DNA of 64,000 bases. Origin: an uncultured Lachnospiraceae bacterium (GTDB lineage: Bacteria; Bacillota; Clostridia; Lachnospirales; Lachnospiraceae). The notes beneath the pieces were generated by a model. That model did not search any database. It was not told the DNA's origin and saw only the letters and a list, made by a program, of their open reading frames with translations. The translations under genes and the position numbers were made by a program. The DNA lies in assembly GCA_900546325.1 (NCBI GenBank), contig URCR01000001.1, positions 120,190-184,189 of the forward strand, in the 5' to 3' direction. Numbering within the stretch: position 1 is the first letter of the stretch; each line of letters starts with the position of its first letter. Below, piece after piece: positions 62,014 through 64,000 of this stretch.

Positions 62014-63846
62014 CTATCGTGAACAGGCATTCTCTATGATCTCTACACATTTCTCAATTCCTATGAGGCTGCTGTTCAGACAAAGATCGTAATTAGCCGC
62101 TTCTCCAAAATTCTGCCCCGTATAATATTGGTAATAAAATGCCCGTTTCTTATCTGTTTTTTCAATTTTACTGAGCGCCTTTTCATCAGCCTCTTTGTAG
62201 ATATGCTCAATTCTTTCTTTGCGGCTGTCCAAATCTGCATAAACAAAAACCTTTAATACATTTTTGTAATCTTTTAACACATAGTCTGCACACCGTCCCA
62301 CGATAATACATCCGCCCTTGTCTGCAATTTCCCGGATCACGGATGCCTGATGCATAAATGCCTTATCACTCAGCGACAGATCGTGATGGACACCTTTCCC
62401 CAGTTCCTGCCAGAACCCTCCGGCTCCTTTCGTCTCTGCATGTTCAAAGAATGTTTTGTCTATCGGGCAGGACTGAGCCGCCATCTCGATCACTTCATGA
62501 TCATAAAACGGAATTCCCAGACGTTCAGATAACTGCCTTCCCACTTCTCTTCCACCACTTCCATGCTGTCTGCTGATAGTAATAATCACATGATTTGCAC
62601 TTTGCTCAACTGCTCCGTTTGCGGCAGCATCACGGTCAAATTCACCGGCCCACTCAAACCCTTTTTTTGCAGCGATCACCGCAATAATTTCATTGATAAC
62701 TGCTGCCGCCGCAATGGTTCCCTGGATAATCCGGGCACATTCCGGTGCCGGTGCACTTAAAACAGAGACTGCGATTCCGGTAAATACCAATGACACCCCC
62801 GAGTGCGGCAAAAGCGTAAATCCCAGAAACTTTTTCACTGTTTCCGGTGATTTTGTGATGCTTGCCCCAAAATAGGCGCCGAAATATTTTCCAAGCGCTC
62901 TGGCAATGATATAAATACCCGTAAACACTCCTGCTCCCATGATCAAATGATAATCCAGCGGAGCGCCCAGATTCAGAATCACAATGATCATTGCAATTCC
63001 GAGAAACGGATTGAAGACGTCCATGATCTGCTCCAGCCTTTTTTCTGTAACCATATTAGAAAAGGCTGCGGAAAATGCCATCCCGATCAGCATAAAGTTT
63101 AAAACCGGTTTCGGCATTACTACACTGTTAAAGAAAAATCCCACACCGGATGCAATCAAGATCGTAACGATCAAAGAAATCAGTGTTGCCTTGGAATCTC
63201 TCTCCTTTTTCAGAACCAGTCCGGCTAAAAATCCGGTTGCGGCACCGATCACCAGCGGAAGGATTACTACCAGCGCGATCATATATGCCGGCAGTTCTCC
63301 TGCTGAAAGATTTCCCGCTACAATTGCGATCGTTGTAAAAAAGATCACACATCCCACAATATCATCCAGCGCCGCCATCGGAATCAGTGTATTTGTCACC
63401 GGTCCGCTTGTCTTAAATTCACGCACAATGGATAGTGCCGGCGCCGGTGCTGTTGCCAGAGCGATTCCGCCAAATAAAAATGCCAGATACAATGGAATCC
63501 CCTGAAAATAAAATACAATCCCAAAAACAAGTGATACAAATAAAAAGGTTCCGATTGACTGTGTAAGAGTGGTAATCACGATTGACTTTCCGGATCGCTT
63601 GATTTTATTCCACACAAGCTCTGTACCGATCATCAGACCAACTGCACACTCTAAAATGTGAACCATTGTCTGATACCACTGCGCATCAAGAATCTGCCGG
63701 TCCACCAGCGAAAGCGCATGCGGTCCTAAAATCATTCCCGCGATCAGCCACCCCAATATTGATGGCAGCTTTATTTTTGATATCAGCTTTCCTGCAAAAA
63801 ATGCAAGTACAATTGCTGCCAACAGCCTTACAAATAATAATACCAT
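62014..63846 (-). CDS. Cation:proton antiporter (Na_H_Exchanger/CPA-type membrane domain) fused to a C-terminal cytidylate-kinase-like (Cytidylate_kin2/AAA-type) domain
   Basis: N-terminal ~400 aa has 11-12 TM segments (…GWLIAGMILGPH…). C-terminal ~200 aa has a P-loop (ISRQHGSGGREVG) and a CMP-kinase-like fold (…GGCIIVGRCADYVL…). Single uninterrupted 610-aa ORF. Confidence 0.75.
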   Translation of the reverse strand: MVLLFVRLLAAIVLAFFAGKLISKIKLPSILGWLIAGMILGPHALSLVDRQILDAQWYQTMVHILECAVGLMIGTELVWNKIKRSGKSIVITTLTQSIGTFLFVSLVFGIVFYFQGIPLYLAFLFGGIALATAPAPALSIVREFKTSGPVTNTLIPMAALDDIVGCVIFFTTIAIVAGNLSAGELPAYMIALVVILPLVIGAATGFLAGLVLKKERDSKATLISLIVTILIASGVGFFFNSVVMPKPVLNFMLIGMAFSAAFSNMVTEKRLEQIMDVFNPFLGIAMIIVILNLGAPLDYHLIMGAGVFTGIYIIARALGKYFGAYFGASITKSPETVKKFLGFTLLPHSGVSLVFTGIAVSVLSAPAPECARIIQGTIAAAAVINEIIAVIAAKKGFEWAGEFDRDAAANGAVEQSANHVIITISRQHGSGGREVGRQLSERLGIPFYDHEVIEMAAQSCPIDKTFFEHAETKGAGGFWQELGKGVHHDLSLSDKAFMHQASVIREIADKGGCIIVGRCADYVLKDYKNVLKVFVYADLDSRKERIEHIYKEADEKALSKIEKTDKKRAFYYQYYTGQNFGEAANYDLCLNSSLIGIEKCVEIIENACSR

Positions 63847-64000
63847 TTCTTTTCTTCCTCCAACTCAATATACTTCTCAATCGTTTGATTTTACTTTTCC
63901 CCGCTTTTTTCCTTCCCCTCCTTCACAACTCCATACAACATAATGTCCAGAATTTTTGAAAGATTTACCTCATGATTCTCCGCTAGTACATGGATATCCT

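Overview
This window reads as a chromosomal segment from a low-to-moderate-GC Firmicutes/Clostridia (Lachnospiraceae-like) genome. Genes were identified from protein motifs visible in the ORF track, so gene starts are approximate and no database search backs any call. About 60 genes are annotated; the main groups are below.

- **Housekeeping genes:** a BMP-family nucleoside-type ABC transporter (lipoprotein, tandem ATPase, two permeases); secG-rnr-smpB with no adjacent ssrA; eno; glmM; greA; a split purine pair (PurO-like IMP cyclohydrolase plus AICARFT-only purH); and thiC behind a TPP riboswitch with a terminator expression platform.
- **Transport and regulation:** a YitT membrane protein; an NSS transporter; an OmpR-type two-component system convergent with an ABC/FtsX-permease pair (Bce-like peptide-detox module); an AraC-regulated GPH-transporter/amidohydrolase/creatininase cluster; a MarR plus FUSC-like exporter pair; an Fe-ADH; and a cation:proton antiporter fused to a cytidylate-kinase-like domain.
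- **Accessory region (33.5-53.4 kb):** a gram-positive polysaccharide-utilisation locus with glycoside hydrolases (a GH79-like enzyme, two GH109-like paralogues, a GH35 beta-galactosidase and a beta-helix GH110-like enzyme), an LplABC-type sugar ABC transporter and a YesM/YesN-type sensor kinase plus AraC response regulator. This composition fits degradation of host (blood-group/mucin-type) glycans. About 13 kb of this locus is markedly AT-richer than its surroundings. The block is bounded by 34-bp direct repeats and begins with one of two Rpn-family (PD-(D/E)XK 'putative transposase') nuclease genes.
- **Rpn units:** each Rpn paralogue is bracketed by 15-19 bp inverted repeats with a GGAATTCTAT core, a pattern that looks IS-like. 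This is the most unusual finding in the window. An ECF sigma / DUF4179 anti-sigma cassette flanked by 28-bp direct repeats and a GH25-SH3-LysM lysin lie next to the island.

No tRNA, rRNA or CRISPR array was found.
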